From Antechinus flavipes (taxonomy: Eukaryota), in contig NC_067402.1 in the NCBI RefSeq assembly GCF_016432865.1, positions 135,160,001-135,224,000 of the forward strand: DNA of 64,000 bases. Direction: 5' to 3'. A program made the position numbers and the translations under genes. The notes under the pieces are model-generated. The model ran no database searches. It saw only the letters and a list, made by a program, of their open reading frames with translations, and was not told the DNA's origin. Below are positions 1 to 14,130 of the stretch, piece by piece. Each line of letters begins with the position of its first letter. Position 1 is the first letter of the stretch.

Positions 1-1924
1 AAATCCATTTGATCTGTGACCACAGGGTTGAGGTAATCATTACTGTATTATTGATTTTTAGAGATATTCACAGGTGTCTCCTAGCCAAGGGTTACACAAA
101 TAGTTCTTATAATAGTGGATGAAACCATCTGTTTCACTGTCCTTGTATAGTTTGTTTTCTTTTATTTCTCCTTCAACACATTGCAGGGACCAAAGTAATA
201 TTTATTGAATTGAATTTTTAAAGAAAGACTGAAAATTTGTGGGAGTATGGAAGTGTAGTGATGTGGATGCATATTTTGATATGGATGGGGGTGGGGGGAG
301 GAGTTGAGGGAGGCTTGGATGATTCAAGTGACTTAGCTGAATCTGTGCAGCTGTGAGCCCAGACACCAGAAAAGGAAGAGGTAAAAAATACAAGGCAATC
401 AAACCTAAAAATACATGCAACTGGGATGTCTACTTTATTTTGCCTTTCTAGGTTTATTATTGGCTTATCATAGTGTATCTGGGCTTGTACTCTCTTCTTT
501 ACATTTAAACTCTTAAGAATCAGAGCCATGAATTTTATTTATGTTTTTAAAAATTCAATTTCTTTTAGAACACCTAGTTCATTGTTGTTTAATATATTCC
601 GAGCCAATTTCTATCCGTGTCAAAGCTACTTATTTTCTGGTTATGAGTTAGGCACCTTTGAGAGGTATGCTATTTAGCAACAAAACTATAACTGCCTAAT
701 TTTTACATATATATTGGGGTAATCATTACTGTATTATTGATTTTTAGAGATTTTCATGGGTGTCTCCTATCCAAGGGTTACACAAATAGTTCTTATTTCT
801 TCAATATATATATATATATATATTCAATGAAAATGGCAAATAGGGATCTCCATCTCTTCACAAACATTTATTAAGCACTGTCAGGCACTTTGCTTACTAA
901 CGTCCTTGGAACTGTTTTTACTTTACAAATGCCCAGTGCTTATAAGTAAGCCTTACCACTTGGTCTGGGATTGGTGTTTCCATTGAATATTTAACCACAG
1001 ATTATTCTCCTCCCCCAAATATTCTCAAGATATATTTTAAGTTTTATTGCTATTAGTAACATTTTCTCTATTACTTTCTTAAGACTAAACAATCAACACA
1101 ACAATAAATCAAGTTCTTATTTATAGTCTTTGTTGATTTCCGAGGAATAAACATTCACACTGAAAATTTAACAGTCAGTGAAAGTCAGAAACAGAAGTTC
1201 TCAATATTCCTACTTGGGATCAACATTTCTCCAGGTAGTTGTAGATTCTTTAGCTTGCTGTGTCAAACAAACATCATTGTCTTTTATTCAATGTTAGTTA
1301 CTGTTTATTAACGAATCACTTTTTTTTAAAGACCATATAGAAGAGAATTGTTCAAAAGATTATGAAACTGAGTTAAACAGCCTGTTAATAAAAAATTAAG
1401 ACAACACTATCCCCATAATTTAGGGGAAGATGCTTTTGTTTACTTTTTAATGTATTATGAAATTCTCTTGCATCAGCCAACAGAATAAATTGACATGTTG
1501 CAAATTATTAGAGAGTCAGAACTTGTAATGATTTGATACCATAAATTATTTAGTTGTTATCAAAAAGAGACAAAATGAAGCAGTTGACAGTTTGCCTGGA
1601 ACCAAAACAAGTTTCTTTTTCCCATTATTCTATATAATTTTATGATCATAAAGAATTAGCTATTTCATTTTAGAAGTACTTCAGAGAGATATATTCAGAA
1701 TGCTGGCGTTAAGTTCAAACTAAGAAATGTTCTGTGTTCATGAAGCCAAGTGATAACTAAAGTTACGTGACAGCCCACACATTCATAACCTTTTTTGCTG
1801 TTTATCTCTTCTACTGAGCAAAAGTCCACAAATCCTAATCATTGTTTATCTGGACTAAAGTTCACTTTGGGCATCAATCGCCAGTACTCCCTGAGAACTT
1901 TTGAAAAGGCAACAAAGTACAATA

Positions 1925-2100
1925 TAAAGAGCTGGTATTCTATAGTCAGAGAATGTGGTTCAAATCCTGCTAAATTCTCACTACCTGCCTGACCTTGCCC
2001 AAAGTCATGGCAATTTCTATAAGCTATAGATTTATTGTTTTATTAAAGGAGGGATTGAATTAGATGCCTTTCCCCCCTGACTCTTCTATCTAAAATTTGT
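1925..2100 (+). mobile_element. MIR3-type SINE
   Basis: Head ggttcaaatcctgc...gaccttg and tail gggattgaattagatgcc...ctctt. Confidence 0.55.
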
Positions 2101-2967
2101 GCTCCAATGAATTAAATAGTGTATTGCATATATTTAATGTACTAATTCTTTCCAGCTTGAAGGGGTCTCAAAGATCTCCAGACTATACTTTGAGAACTTT
2201 TGCTCTAATCTGTTAGAAATTTTTCTTTGGATGATTTTTCCTGGTTCAAGCAGCCAAATACTCAGAACCAATAACCACTTTCCATTCCAGACATAAACAG
2301 AATGGACCATATTTGTTATGAATAAAGGCAGCCCAGTGACATGGGAATGGATGCTTACTATGGAATTTTTATTTCTTGTGCAAAAATTTATAGTCCCATT
2401 CAATGCAATACCATAAACCACCCAGAAAAAGAAGCATCAGGTAGTTTACTCTTCTGAAAATGAGTTTGAGGCTCAGATGGGAGCATATGCACACTCACAT
2501 CTGCCTAAATCTTGGCATAAATGTGATTCAGAATAAATCTTTATCTGGGATTCTTAAAACATTAAACCATCCAGGAGAGAAAGAAATTATATAGCTGCAT
2601 GTAGCTGAATTGAATGAACAAAGCATTTGTTAGGCACTTAATTGTACAGCACTTTAACTACTGGGGATACGAATGAAAAATTGAGAATATTCTTGCCCTC
2701 AGAAAACTGGATCTAATTCAGTAGATGCTGGTCCTTTCTTGGCTTCCTTATCTGCAAAATAAAAAGATTGGTCTAGCTTGGTCTCTGACATCCCTTCCAG
2801 CCTTGACATTCTGTGATGCTGTAATTAATGTCATGGATTCATACTATTTAAAGAATATTTTCATAATAAGTGTTGGCTAGGAACATAGAATGAAACTGTG
2901 GTTCCTCTTTATTATCTGATAATTTTCATTTGATGCATTGGACAGAATTAATCTGCTGGTTATATAG

Positions 2968-3207
2968 TGGTATAGTAGAGTGGTATAGTGGTGAGAACAT
3001 TGGATTTGGGGTCAAGTGAGCAGATTAAAATCATAGGTCTGCCACTTAAAAATTAATATAACCTTGGATAAGTGATAAATATGTCGGTTTCAGTGACCTC
3101 ATCTGTAAAATGGATCTAAAAATACTTGATCAAATGAGACACATGTGACATCTATTATAAATTGCAAAGCACAATCTAAATGTCAATGGCTATCATTATT
3201 ATTATTA
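2968..3207 (+). mobile_element. MIR CORE-SINE
   Basis: tRNA-like head, CORE cctcatctgtaaaatgg and L2-like tail ending attattatta. Confidence 0.65.
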
Positions 3208-3554
3208 TAAGAGACACATTGAAGATCAAAGGAATATACTTGTCTCCTTCAGGAAGTCACCAAAACTAGGGTCAGTGAGTCCAATTAAATCTATGCTCAG
3301 TTTACTGAGACAAGCAACAGGAAAGCAATTGATGATGTGTGATAAAGGACAAAAGGAAGGACAAATCAATCCAGTTCATTTTCTGGGTGATTGTCCTCAT
3401 TAATGTAGTCCATTTCATACCCTGACAGAGGCATTAGTGAAGGAAATTGGGGAGAAATTTTGTATAAGAACATCATCTTAGGACCTCCCAAATCTATCAG
3501 TTTGTAGACAAAAGCATTATAAATTCACTTTTCTGCAGTTACCATTGTGAATTG

Positions 3555-3960
3555 TATGAATGGTGAAGACTAAATATTGCTTTAACCATCTCCTGACAGA
3601 GATAATTGACTTAAGATGATGAAAAAATAAACATAAAGTTTTGGACATTTGTTTTCCTTGATTATACATCATCGCTATAAGGGTTTTGTTTTTCTTTATT
3701 GGGATAGGGAGGTGGGAGGGAGAGGAGGGCTACAGAGTCTTTTTTTCCTACCCCCCGCCCCACCTCCAAAGAAGAAGAGAACAGAAGGAGGGCCATAAGG
3801 AATTATAGACACATAGCAAAGCTTTGAAATTACATGTTGAATTCATTACATTTTTTTAAAGCAAGCTCTGTAATACTAGAGATTTACAATTTCTTGTGTA
3901 AATCTCTCTTTATGTTTATGAAAATGCTCATTTTATTTAGATGTTTATATTTTATTTGGT
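3555..3960 (+). mobile_element. Old marsupial L1 3' UTR fragment
   Basis: Resembles the old marsupial L1 3' end (gggaggtgggagggagagg block, AT-rich flanks). Confidence 0.45.
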
Positions 3961-4109
3961 TTTTGTCAAGTTCAGAGAAAAACAGAATGGAAAATACTGC
4001 TAATGCTGCAAATATTGATGGAAAAGAATAACAGTTAACATATCTGAATCATATACCATTTATATTTTAAAAGAAACAAGCCAATTTCAAACTAACATTT
4101 GATACTTCC

Positions 4110-4980
4110 TTTATTTTTTATTATTCTTTTTTTTCCCTTGGTAGTATTTAGTTTTTCCAAATATATGTAAAGAGAATTTTCAGCATTCATTTTTGTAAGA
4201 CTTTGAGTTCCAAATTTTTCTCTCTCCCTCTCTTTTCTCTCTCTTCCCCAAGACAATAAGAAATCTGATATAGGTTAAATATGTGCAATCCTTTTAAACA
4301 TATTTCCGTATTTGTCATGTTGTGTAAGAAAAATCAGACCAAGGGGAGAAAACCTTGAGAAAGAAAAACAAACAAAAAGGTGATAATGCTATGCTTCATT
4401 CAATCTACTTTCAGTCTCTACAATTTTCTCTGTGGATGCAAAATGGCATTTTCCATCCCAAGTTTATTGGAATTGTCATGGATCATCACATTGCTGGGAA
4501 GAGCTAAGTCTATCATAGTTGAGCACACAATCTTGCCGATACTGTGTACAATGTTCTCCAAGTTCTCACTTCATTCAATATCAGTTCATGTAAATCTTCC
4601 TAAGCTTTTCTGAAATTAACCTGCTCATCATTTCTTATAAAATAATAATATTTCTCTTCCCATCTGTGTCCCTGGGCAAGTCACTTAACCCCAATTGCCT
4701 CAGCCACAAAAAAAATAGTAATAATATTTCATTACATTCATATACCATAACTTATTTAGCCATTCCCCAACTGATGAGTATTCACTTAGTTTCCATTTCC
4801 TTGCCACTACAAATATTTTTGCATATGTGGGCCCTTCCCCTCTTTACATGATTTTCTAGGATATAGACCCAATAATGTTACTGCTGGGTCAAACGGTATA
4901 CATAGTTTGATAACTCTTTGGGCATAGTTCCAAATTGCTCTCCAGAATGATAGCCTCAGTTCACAACTCCACCACAATTG
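4110..4980 (-). mobile_element. L1 3' fragment
   Basis: T-rich tail followed by reverse L1 3' UTR/ORF2-end motifs (ttcagccattccccaactgatg, agttccaaattgctctccagaatg). Confidence 0.8.
4655..4715 (+). mobile_element. 5'-truncated WSINE1 inserted in the L1
   Basis: ccctgggcaagtcacttaaccccaattgcctcagc plus A-tail, flanked by aataatatttc copies. Confidence 0.75.
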
Positions 4981-5539
4981 GTGTTTCCATTACTAATCAT
5001 TACTGGTCACTAATAAAATAAACTATATCTATAGCTAAGTTAGAAATAATTAGAACTGATCTTTTAATTGCCTTTTAAAGTTTACTCACATTATTGAACA
5101 TCATGACAACATGGTGGGAGATGGGAATAGTTCAGATATAATCCTCATTTTGCAGGGACTGCCTTTTGTCCTCTTCTGTTCTCAGTGATTAATGCCTAGA
5201 ACATGGTAGATACTTAATAAATGTTGGCTGGTGGATAAAGTTCAGGCAAGTTTTCATGTAGCTAGTTAAGTGTCAAAGGCAATTTTTGAACCAGATACCA
5301 AATGCAATATTCTTTTCACTTCATCTAATATATCTTCTTGCATTTCAAACTTAGGAAATAGGCCTCAAAACTTTTTATGCTATCATGTATCTTCTGGGTA
5401 AAAAGCATTATTTGGTTATATTTACCTTTAGTTCCTATAATTGAAATATAAAGAGGATATTTAGCTAATTTCCTAATCAGCCAGTCTTGACTTACATGAT
5501 TATTTAGTTCAGTTGGTTAAAACATCTTGCTCATGAAGT

Positions 5540-6110
5540 TGTAATGTAAACCAGACTTGCCACCCAGGTGAAGGAGTGGAAGAAGGAAATAGGGAAGGAA
5601 AGGAAGAAAAAGAAAGGGAAAGAGAAAAAGGCACTTCTAGAGTGGGGGGGGGGAGGAATCAGAACATTTTTCCAGGGATTTTCATTAAGGTTTAAGCAAC
5701 AAAGTGATGAAAGTAGCTGAAAGGCTCCAAAGACCTAGAGATCACCCCTAAACTAGTGTGATTGGTCCAGTTTGCTGACAAAAGGAAAAGCTTGCTCTGG
5801 TTCTAAAAAGACCTATCTTTTCACGCAAAAGCTGTGAAAGAGGAGGGAAGAGGGGAGGACATATCTGATAGCAGAAGAAGCTGATAAAAGTCCCAATGGC
5901 ACTAAAAGTGATTAGAGGTAGCAACAATGCTTGTCAGCAGGAGATACCTACAGCAGAGAAAAGAGCTATTAACAGAGACAAGATCTAGCAGTTCTGAGGG
6001 CTACACTGAAGTGTGGAGATCAGCACAAACAGCTTTCACTCAATCTATATATGTCCCCAAGGAACAGACAAAAGGAACTCTTAGGGAGAAGTGGGGGTGG
6101 GGATGTTAAA
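5540..6110. mobile_element. Possible old LTR fragment
   Basis: Starts TGTAATG, purine-rich, LTR-like texture. No clear CA end or TSD. Confidence 0.25.
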
Positions 6111-6127
6111 AAGGAAACCGGGTCCAT

Positions 6128-6310
6128 CAGTCAATAAACATTTGTTAAGTGCCTACTATGTGCTAGGCAGTGCTAAACACTGGGGATACAACAAAAAAGA
6201 AAAACAACATAAAACAGTCTCTGGCGTCAAGCAGCCCAACAGGGAAGACATGTAAACAACCTCTGTACAAATGTACTATATACAAGATAAATTGAAAATA
6301 ATCAACATTA
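6128..6310 (-). mobile_element. L2 3' end
   Basis: tcaataaacatttgttaagtgcctactatgtgctaggc...ctggggatacaa is the reverse L2 terminus. Confidence 0.75.
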
Positions 6311-6469
6311 TTCAACATAGAATTGAGGAGAGATACTTAAGTAGTTCCTAAGGGTATCCCTGTGTTATACAAAAGTCATGCTAATTTGTATAATTAACTG
6401 TTATTCATCCCTATCTTTCATATTATATGCTTCTCTAATTGCATATATCACACAGTACAACAAGGGATA

Positions 6470-6714
6470 GGATAAGCATTTAGTAAGTACCTACTATGTG
6501 TCGGGTACTATGTAAGCAGTTTATAAATATTATCTCATTGGATCCTCACAACAATTCTGGCAAGTGGGTGTTATCATTTTTACAGTTAAGGAACCTGAGG
6601 CAAACAAAGGTTAAGTGTCCAAGGTCACAGAGCTAGTAATGGCAGCATCGAGATTTGAACTTGGGTCTTCCTGATTTCAGGCCCAGCACTCTATCCATTG
6701 TGCTACCTAGTTGC
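6470..6714 (-). mobile_element. Near full-length marsupial MIR/Mar1-type CORE-SINE
   Basis: Reverse head gatttgaacttgggtcttcctgatttcaggcccagcactctatccattgtgctacctagttgcc, CORE and L2-type tail. Confidence 0.8.
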
Positions 6715-8304
6715 CAGTACCCCTCAGTGACAATCTCCTTACATCCCACCTTCTTTGTCACTACAGAAAAATCTATTCCCTTAGAGTGATGTTAAAAAGT
6801 GGACCTTTGTGTCCTTCAAGTCTAAGAGGAACTATGTCACTGGTTTTCTCCTTCACTTAGGAAAACGAAAATTCAATTTCTCACAGGATTAGAGTCAAGA
6901 GGCTATACCAGACTCCTAGAAATTAACTCAGAGCCCTTTTGATTGTATCAACCCACCTCCCTACCTTTCATCCTAGCATATGAGTTTCTCATATTATATC
7001 AGAATATAAAAGTTCTAGAATACATTTTAAATCAAGTCACTGCATCCTGAAGTTCATTCCCAACAGTGGAAAAATTCATGTCACAATTCTACTTTTTGAA
7101 TTCACAAACAGTCTAGAGATGTGTATATTTTACAAAGGAAGTTCAATTGTGAAAATGTGAAATATAGTATTTGCTGTAAAACTTATCTATGGATCAAGTA
7201 GCTACCCATTACTATGAGGACAGATAATTATATATACTTAACCAGAGTTGTCTGTAGGATGAGGGCCACTTGAGCCATTCAGTAGTACCCAATGACAACA
7301 CAGTGCTTCATATCTAGATGCTCAGTAAATGTTTGTTAAATTTAATTGTTGTACTTGAAAACTTTTAGAATAGAACGATAGTAAATCTGGTTCTACAGAA
7401 TATTAGAAAATAAACCATGGAAAAATACCTTTTGGAATAGACAAGATTCTATATTTAGCATTCTTTTCTTTTTTACTATAGGGGAACCCCAACTATCAGA
7501 TGTCCAGTATTAGAAGTACATAGTAAAAAAGAAAAGAATGCTACAAATAAATAAATCACAGTGGTTCTTTTTTTTTTTTTTTTTTAAAGGAAACCAAACT
7601 CTGATATTTAAAAAAGAAAAGTACATGGTACAATCTGCTATTAGATACAGCTACCAATCTTGGTGAAAAGTAAGCCCGGAGGTATGAGCTCTTTGACCTA
7701 TCCTAAAATTGAATTGATCCAGCAGCCAAGATACCACTTCCTATGACTTACAATAGGTTATGCCATACCTAGAAGTGAATTTAATTGGGATAATTCTTTG
7801 AATTGTTTGAGCCCACTTTCTCTGGGATCAAGATATTTTTACAAAAAATAAAGGATACCCATTTGGGAGGTTGTTTTTATTTTTCCCTTCCTATACTTTC
7901 CCAGTAAATATCCTTTTGTTAAAGGTAACTGATGGTACTTGGTTACTAAAGTTATTGAGAAGATCACTGCCATAATTGTATTGGGGCAGCCATCGCTAAT
8001 TAGATAATATTGTAGAAATACCAATTGGTATTTGTGATATACACTAGATGGAAACCCTAGAACAATAGTAATGGAAAATGATATGGAACGACCTCTCAAA
8101 GTTACCTTTAGAATATAAGGGGAAAGCAGTCTGACTCTGAGACACAATCTGTGTGGGAATTGGGATGGTAAACCCAACCCCATCAACCTGAGGTCATAAT
8201 GTGAGCAGCTTTGTTCCCTTATACCAGGTCAAAATAGGAACCTAAAGATAGAGAGTATGTGCATCTTGTACCCTTTTCTCATCAATATGTGAAATAGTGA
8301 CTTA

Positions 8305-8670
8305 AAAGAGGCAGTAAAACTGAATGGATAAAGAATTAATGGCAGGAAGAATTGGGTTCAGTTCCTGGGGCTGTGATTTGGGGCAGTTCATTTAACCTCT
8401 AAATGCTTCAGGCAATTCTCTAAAACTATGTTGTGGTTATTGCTGCTGCTGCTACTGTTTTTTATCCTTCATTCTCAAAGAAGATCAAAGACATCAGGAA
8501 GGTTAATCTTGACTTGCAAATGAATTGGATTTAAGTGAGGCAGAAGTGTGCAAAGTCATCAGTCCAACTCTCTTCCAGAATCTACAAGTAAACAAACAAG
8601 ACTATGACTAACAGAACAAATGCTGACCTGCATTGTTAAAGAAACTTTACTGGCTGGGAGTTGTCCATAT
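8305..8670. mobile_element. Old marsupial SINE interrupted by an RTE-type 3' fragment (~8445-8600, minus)
   Basis: tccttcattctcaaagaag...tgacttgcaaatgaattggatttaagtgagg is an RTE-like terminus inside SINE-like sequence. Confidence 0.5.
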
Positions 8671-10059
8671 CAATGACTTGGATGGTGGGGACAGGGGAGG
8701 GGAAGACACGTTCAACTGGTGGTTTGCCTACTGCTATCCAATAGACCTTGTAGTCACCTTAAGGTAAATGTTGTTGCTCTCCACTCTAAACTTCCAAGCT
8801 TGGCCAGCTTAATTGGCCATTGTTTTCCTTAAATTCCCCAAATCTGACTCGATCAAGAATAGAAACGACTGAGCTTAGCACCCAGTTAGCAAGATTAATG
8901 AGCTAAAATAAGAACCTACCAGATGGCATGTTTTCTACCTTTCACAGGAGGGGAAAAACTATGCAAAGTAAGCTACTCTCTGGCCTCACCTGCCTGAGTC
9001 ACCTTCTTGCTCTTCTCTGATTTCAGTGTCAGGTACCTCAGACTCTCTGGCTACTGGGCCTTATATCCTTGGATCTATCCCAGTGTCAATCAGTGGATTT
9101 AAAAATTAATTGTAGGGTATGTTTCATACTGCTTGGGCTGGTACCGTTTGTGAAACTTCTCCCTGGCCCCAGAATTTCTAGTTGAGGTTCTGAAGATAAC
9201 AATTCTCTCATTTTCCTTAAGGTACTATCATTTGCTATCAAAATATTTGTAAAGTACCTTAAAAGTTTATGTTTCCTGTTGGGCAAATGTCTTTCAGAAT
9301 GAAATGTTTGCAGCTAGAAATTTAGGAGCTTCCAACTCAAGAATAAACAAACAAACAAATAAAATCTTCAGAAATTCTTTGACTGGAAAATAGTTACCTA
9401 ACCCACCCACAAAGCAAAGGTTGTTCCTTAGGTATTAATGCATCTTGGGAAAGGAAAGTGCAGACTTTAGCACTTTCACTATGCCGACCAGCACCTCAGG
9501 TATAATTAACCTGCATAGCTATTCACTATTCTTAGGTGTGCTGTGATTGATTTTCAGTAAATTCTTGTAATCTTCAGAGAGTATTGTAAAAGCTAGCTCT
9601 AGGAAAAACTGTAAATAGACAATTTTCAAAACCTTCCTTTTTTTCCCTTTTCTTATTTCTCCACTTCTGGTATTCCATTCTTTTTCCTCTTAACTTTGTC
9701 ATCCATTCTCTGACTCTCCCACCTATCAAAAAGGACCATAAAGAAAGAACCTGACTTTGGTCACTTAAATTTTTTTGTAAAGTATTGCCACTTCCAGCAT
9801 TTGCCTTTGAGAGTTCTCTCATTTTAGGGATTCTTCATTTTAGGCAGCAGTAAGTGGAGAGGTAAGAATTTGTGTGAGGGAGAGAGAAGGGAAGGCTAGG
9901 ACTTCCAAGTGCTCCTGAAATCATGCCATTACTTATAACATGCTGACCCTGTGAATTCTATGTGGAAGGTTACTATTTTGTGAAATCTTAAATATAATAC
10001 ACTATAAATATTCTTTGAGTTGAACCATGAATTAGGTTGGAAGAAACAATCCCATTATT

Positions 10060-12450
10060 CTGATTTCAGGATTGATATTATAGGATCCCCTTAGCCTAAA
10101 GTCAATATATCTGGCCCTAATATCTCAGGTGAATTCAATCACCAGTTTGACAGTTCCTTTATGTCTTCAAAATATTTTAAACTTTATTTCCAGAGCTAAA
10201 ATCTTTATCTTCTCCCTTAATCCTTTCCCTCTTCCAGACTTCCTTATTTCTTTTGAGGGGATTACCCTCTTCCTAATAATTAGTCAATAAAAATTTGTCA
10301 GCTGCTTACAATGGGCCAAGCAGGGGTTAGGCTAACTAAGCACTAGGGATATAAAGACAAATATAAGCAATCCCTGCTCTTAAGAAGCTCAAAATATGTA
10401 AAGAATCAAAAATAACTAAGTACAAATGGTATAAATGAGAAATTGGAAATAATCAACAGGTACAGGAAATAATCATCTAGGTAAGGCACTAGAATTAAGG
10501 ATGAGCAAAGACTTCCTGTAGGAGGTATGATTTTAGCTGAAACTAAAAGTAGCTAGTAGGCAGAGATGAGGAAGGAGAGTATTCCAGGGTAAAGAGTTTA
10601 ACTACTGTAAATAGTTGGAGTGGGCATATGAAAAATCTTGTTTCAAATATAGCAAGGACACTGGTATAACTGGAATAAAGATTATGGGGGAGTGTAAGGT
10701 GTAAGAAGACTAGAAAAGAGATGGAGGAGACAAGTTATAAAGAGCTTTGAATAATAGATGATTTTATATTTGATCCTAGAGGTGAAAGCCACTGGTATTT
10801 ATTGACAGGGGTGGGGGTGGAGGTGCAATGACATGATTAGACTTATGCTTTAAGAAGATTACTTTGACAGTCGAGTGAAGGATAAAATGGAAAGGGAAGA
10901 GATTTGTGGCAGGGAGACCAACCAGCAGGCTATAGGAATGACGTGATAAGGGCCTACACCAGAGTGGTGACAATATCAGAAGAAAGAAAGAAATATATAT
11001 TAGAGGTATTACAAAGTTAAAATGGATAGTCCTTGGCAATCAATTGGATATGAGTAGGGATGAGGTGGAGGTGGGGAGTAGGGGTGATAGTGAGAGAGAA
11101 GGGGGTGGAAAATGATACCATGGCTGCAAGTGTAGGTGACTGGTAATATGATGCTACCCTCTGCAGTCAGAGGGAAGTTAAGAAGAGATGATGCTTTGGA
11201 GAAAAGAATTCAACTTTTGATAGGTTGACTTAATGATGTCTACAGGACATCCAGCTCAAGATATCCAATGGCAGTTAGTTGAAAATTAAGATTAGTAGTC
11301 AGTAGAGAGGTTAGGTTCTAATAATAAGATTTGAGAATCATCAGCATAAAGATGATAATTGAATCCATAGAAACTGATGGCATCACCAAATGAAATAATA
11401 TGGATCGAGAAGAGGGATGGGGTCAAGAGAGAGCCCAGTGAATCATTCACAGTGAGCAGGTGGAACTTGGACAAAGACTTGGATTAGACAAGGAGAACCA
11501 ATGGAGAGAAGTCTCACAAATCCAGAGAGAAGAGAATATCAAAGATAAGGTGATTGACAGTGTCAAAGGCTATAAGGTCAAGAAGGTTGAAGAGTGAGAA
11601 AAAGTCTTTAGATTTGGTGATTAAGAGGCATTAGAAATTTTGGAGAGAGTTTCTATTCACTGATGAGGTTAGAAATCAAATTGTAGCGTTAAAAAGAAAG
11701 TAAGAGAAGTGGAGGTATCTATTATGGAAGATGCAAAGGAGTTTAGCCATAAAAGGAATGAGATATGGGATAATAGTTGTAATCTGATATTTTCTTCCCC
11801 TTTCTTTTCTCCCTCTCAGCCCACAATTTATCACTCATTAAATCTTTTCATTCCTGTCTCCAAAGTATCTTTCACACCTGACCCCTTCTCTCCATTCATC
11901 TCTTCTTGTCTAGACTACTGTAATAGCTTTCTAATTAGTCTCACAATTCCTGAGCTCTCATCTCTCCATTCTCTGCAAAGCTACCATCCCCTAGATCTCA
12001 CTTTGTTATTTTCCTGCTCAGAAAACTTCACTAGCTTCCCATTGCCTTTAGGGATGAAATATTAACTCTTTAGTCTGACATTTAAGAACTTCCACAATCT
12101 GCCCCCAACCTACCTTTCCATCTGTATTTTAAACTATTTTCCTTTATGCACTCCATTTTTTCCCCCAACAAATTCACGGTCCCTCTTCCTTAATATTTTA
12201 TCTTACATATGTATGCCTGCCAGATAAATCTCCAACCTTTATATTCCTGGCCCCTGTACCTGGAATGTATTCCTTCCTCAGTTCTGACTCTTAGAATCTT
12301 TAATAATCTTTAAAGCTCAGATCAGATGCCATCTCATCTGAGTTTTTCTTTTTCTCTCCACTGTAATATATGTTATTTCCTCCTCAAGTTAGCTTATAAA
12401 TGTCGTTTTTGTATTTGCATGACCAAAATCTAGCACAGTCCTTGTGGCTT
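10060..12450. mobile_element. L2 nest: plus-strand L2 (10060-10275 and ~11790-12450) interrupted by a minus-strand L2 (~10276-11780)
   Basis: Pyrimidine-rich plus-strand L2 ORF2/3' motifs (tagactactgtaatagc, cttcccattgcctttagg) flank a purine-rich reverse L2 that begins with the reverse L2 terminus. Confidence 0.65.
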
Positions 12451-13814
12451 GATAATTTTTTAAAATCAGGTTTACAAGGCTTCTAGAACCAATGTAAGGG
12501 ATGCCTAAGAACACAGTATATGAATACTCTCACCAGATGTCAAATGTAAGAGTGGGATATTAATCTAGTAAATCAATCAAGTCACCACTTCCCCCCACAC
12601 CTTCCCTGCCTCGAGGGGCCATTTCAGGTAAGCAATAAGATGTCCTGGTAACTTAACTAGGTGACAACAAATAATAAATCAATCCTACGCTTTCATTTCA
12701 ATCAACCAATCAATCTTTAGGCTTTAAGCTAGGTATGAAAAAAAATCCTTGAAATTAGAGTGACATTGCACTAGAATCATGTTTGGACAGGCTAAATAAA
12801 CAAGGTTTGAACCTAGGGGTCATCTATGAAAATTAAACAAGTTAAGAACTGAGATTATTCCAAAACTAGGAATGAATGTGAATGCCAGTGAAATCCTTGA
12901 AGAGAAATCACTAGGCAGGGGAAGAGAGATGTCTGCTTTGACTGCCTAAGTCTCTTCAGATCCCTTCTCTCTTCCATACACTTTAGTTCAATGAAACCCG
13001 GTGAAGTTTTCAAAGAATTTTGGACTTCCTATATTTCCCTTGGTATCCTAACCACATCTCCTGGTATAGTAGTAGCTAGTGGCAGGGACTATATCAAAAA
13101 AGAAATTTTACAATTCTGCAAAGAGCTCAGCAAAGAAACTACAGTATGCTTAAGGCAAATTTCTCAAACACCCCTGAGAAGGAGAGAAAGGAATTTTTAG
13201 AAACAAGAAGAATGAATAACTCCTCACATGTGCTTCTGAACTCACTTTTCCCTGGATTTAGTATGTGCTTGAGGGAGATCTTTTGGGGGAATATTTTGTG
13301 CCATCTCAGTAAATACCCCTTTCTTAAAAAAAAATGAGTCTAGCTTACTGGATGATAATCAACTTATTCTCCCAGAGAAAATACATTCATTTGGGAACTT
13401 GAGCTGATAATATTACAAAACCCTTCTTCACCTTCTACTCAGGATATCCCTAGAGACCTGGAATGGATAGAGAGGCATAATAGTCACTTTCTGGGTAGGA
13501 ATTAGAGTAAAAGTTTCAGAACATTTGTTATCTAAACATTCAAATGAGTTTAATTCTTGAAAGGATATGTATCAATCCCAACTATTCTAGGTCACTCAAA
13601 GCATTATTTAAAAAAAAAAAATACATTGGTGGCATTGCCTTCAGACCTATATCACATGATTTCAAATATCTTTAGGAATGGCAACCTGGTTTTATTTTTT
13701 ATTTCGGGAGAGGGGGGAGATATCCAAAAATCATTCAGTGCCAAGCCTGATAATCAAGCTATAGGGTAATCTTGATGTAAGGGTTAAAAATTAGACAGTG
13801 AATCTACATCTAGA

Positions 13815-14130
13815 CTGAGCATGTATCACAACATAACATTTTTATTCTTTTTGCTGTTGTTTGCTTGCATTTTGTTTTCTTTCTCATTTTTTTATTTTTT
13901 TATCTTATTTTTCTTATGCAGCATGATAATTGTAGAAATATGTATAGAAGAATTGCACATATTTAACATATATTGGATTATTTGCTATCAAGGGGAGGAG
14001 GTGGGGAAAGGGAGAGGAAATTTTGGAATACAAGGTTTTGCAAGGGTCAATGTTGAAAAATTATCTATGCATATATTTTGAAAATAAAAAGCTTTAATAA
14101 AATAAAAAAACATTCAAAAATAAAAAAAAA
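13815..14130 (+). mobile_element. L1 3' end with A-tail
   Basis: ttgtttgcttgcattttgttttc ... ggggaggaggtggggaaagggagaggaaattttggaa ... gaaaataaaaagc + A-tail. Confidence 0.85.

Noticed and set aside
4380-4851. ORFs over L1 3' UTRs (also 13821, 25242, 27421, 38995-39454, 42643, 44421, 51652)
   Set aside because: Chance frames in L1 3' UTR sequence, recurring in each copy.
12991-13337. Overlapping 69- and 63-aa ORFs that look protein-like (possible frameshifted retrocopy)
   Set aside because: No recognisable homologue, poly(A) tail with TSD or splice pattern. A tBLASTn/BLASTx hit would reopen it.
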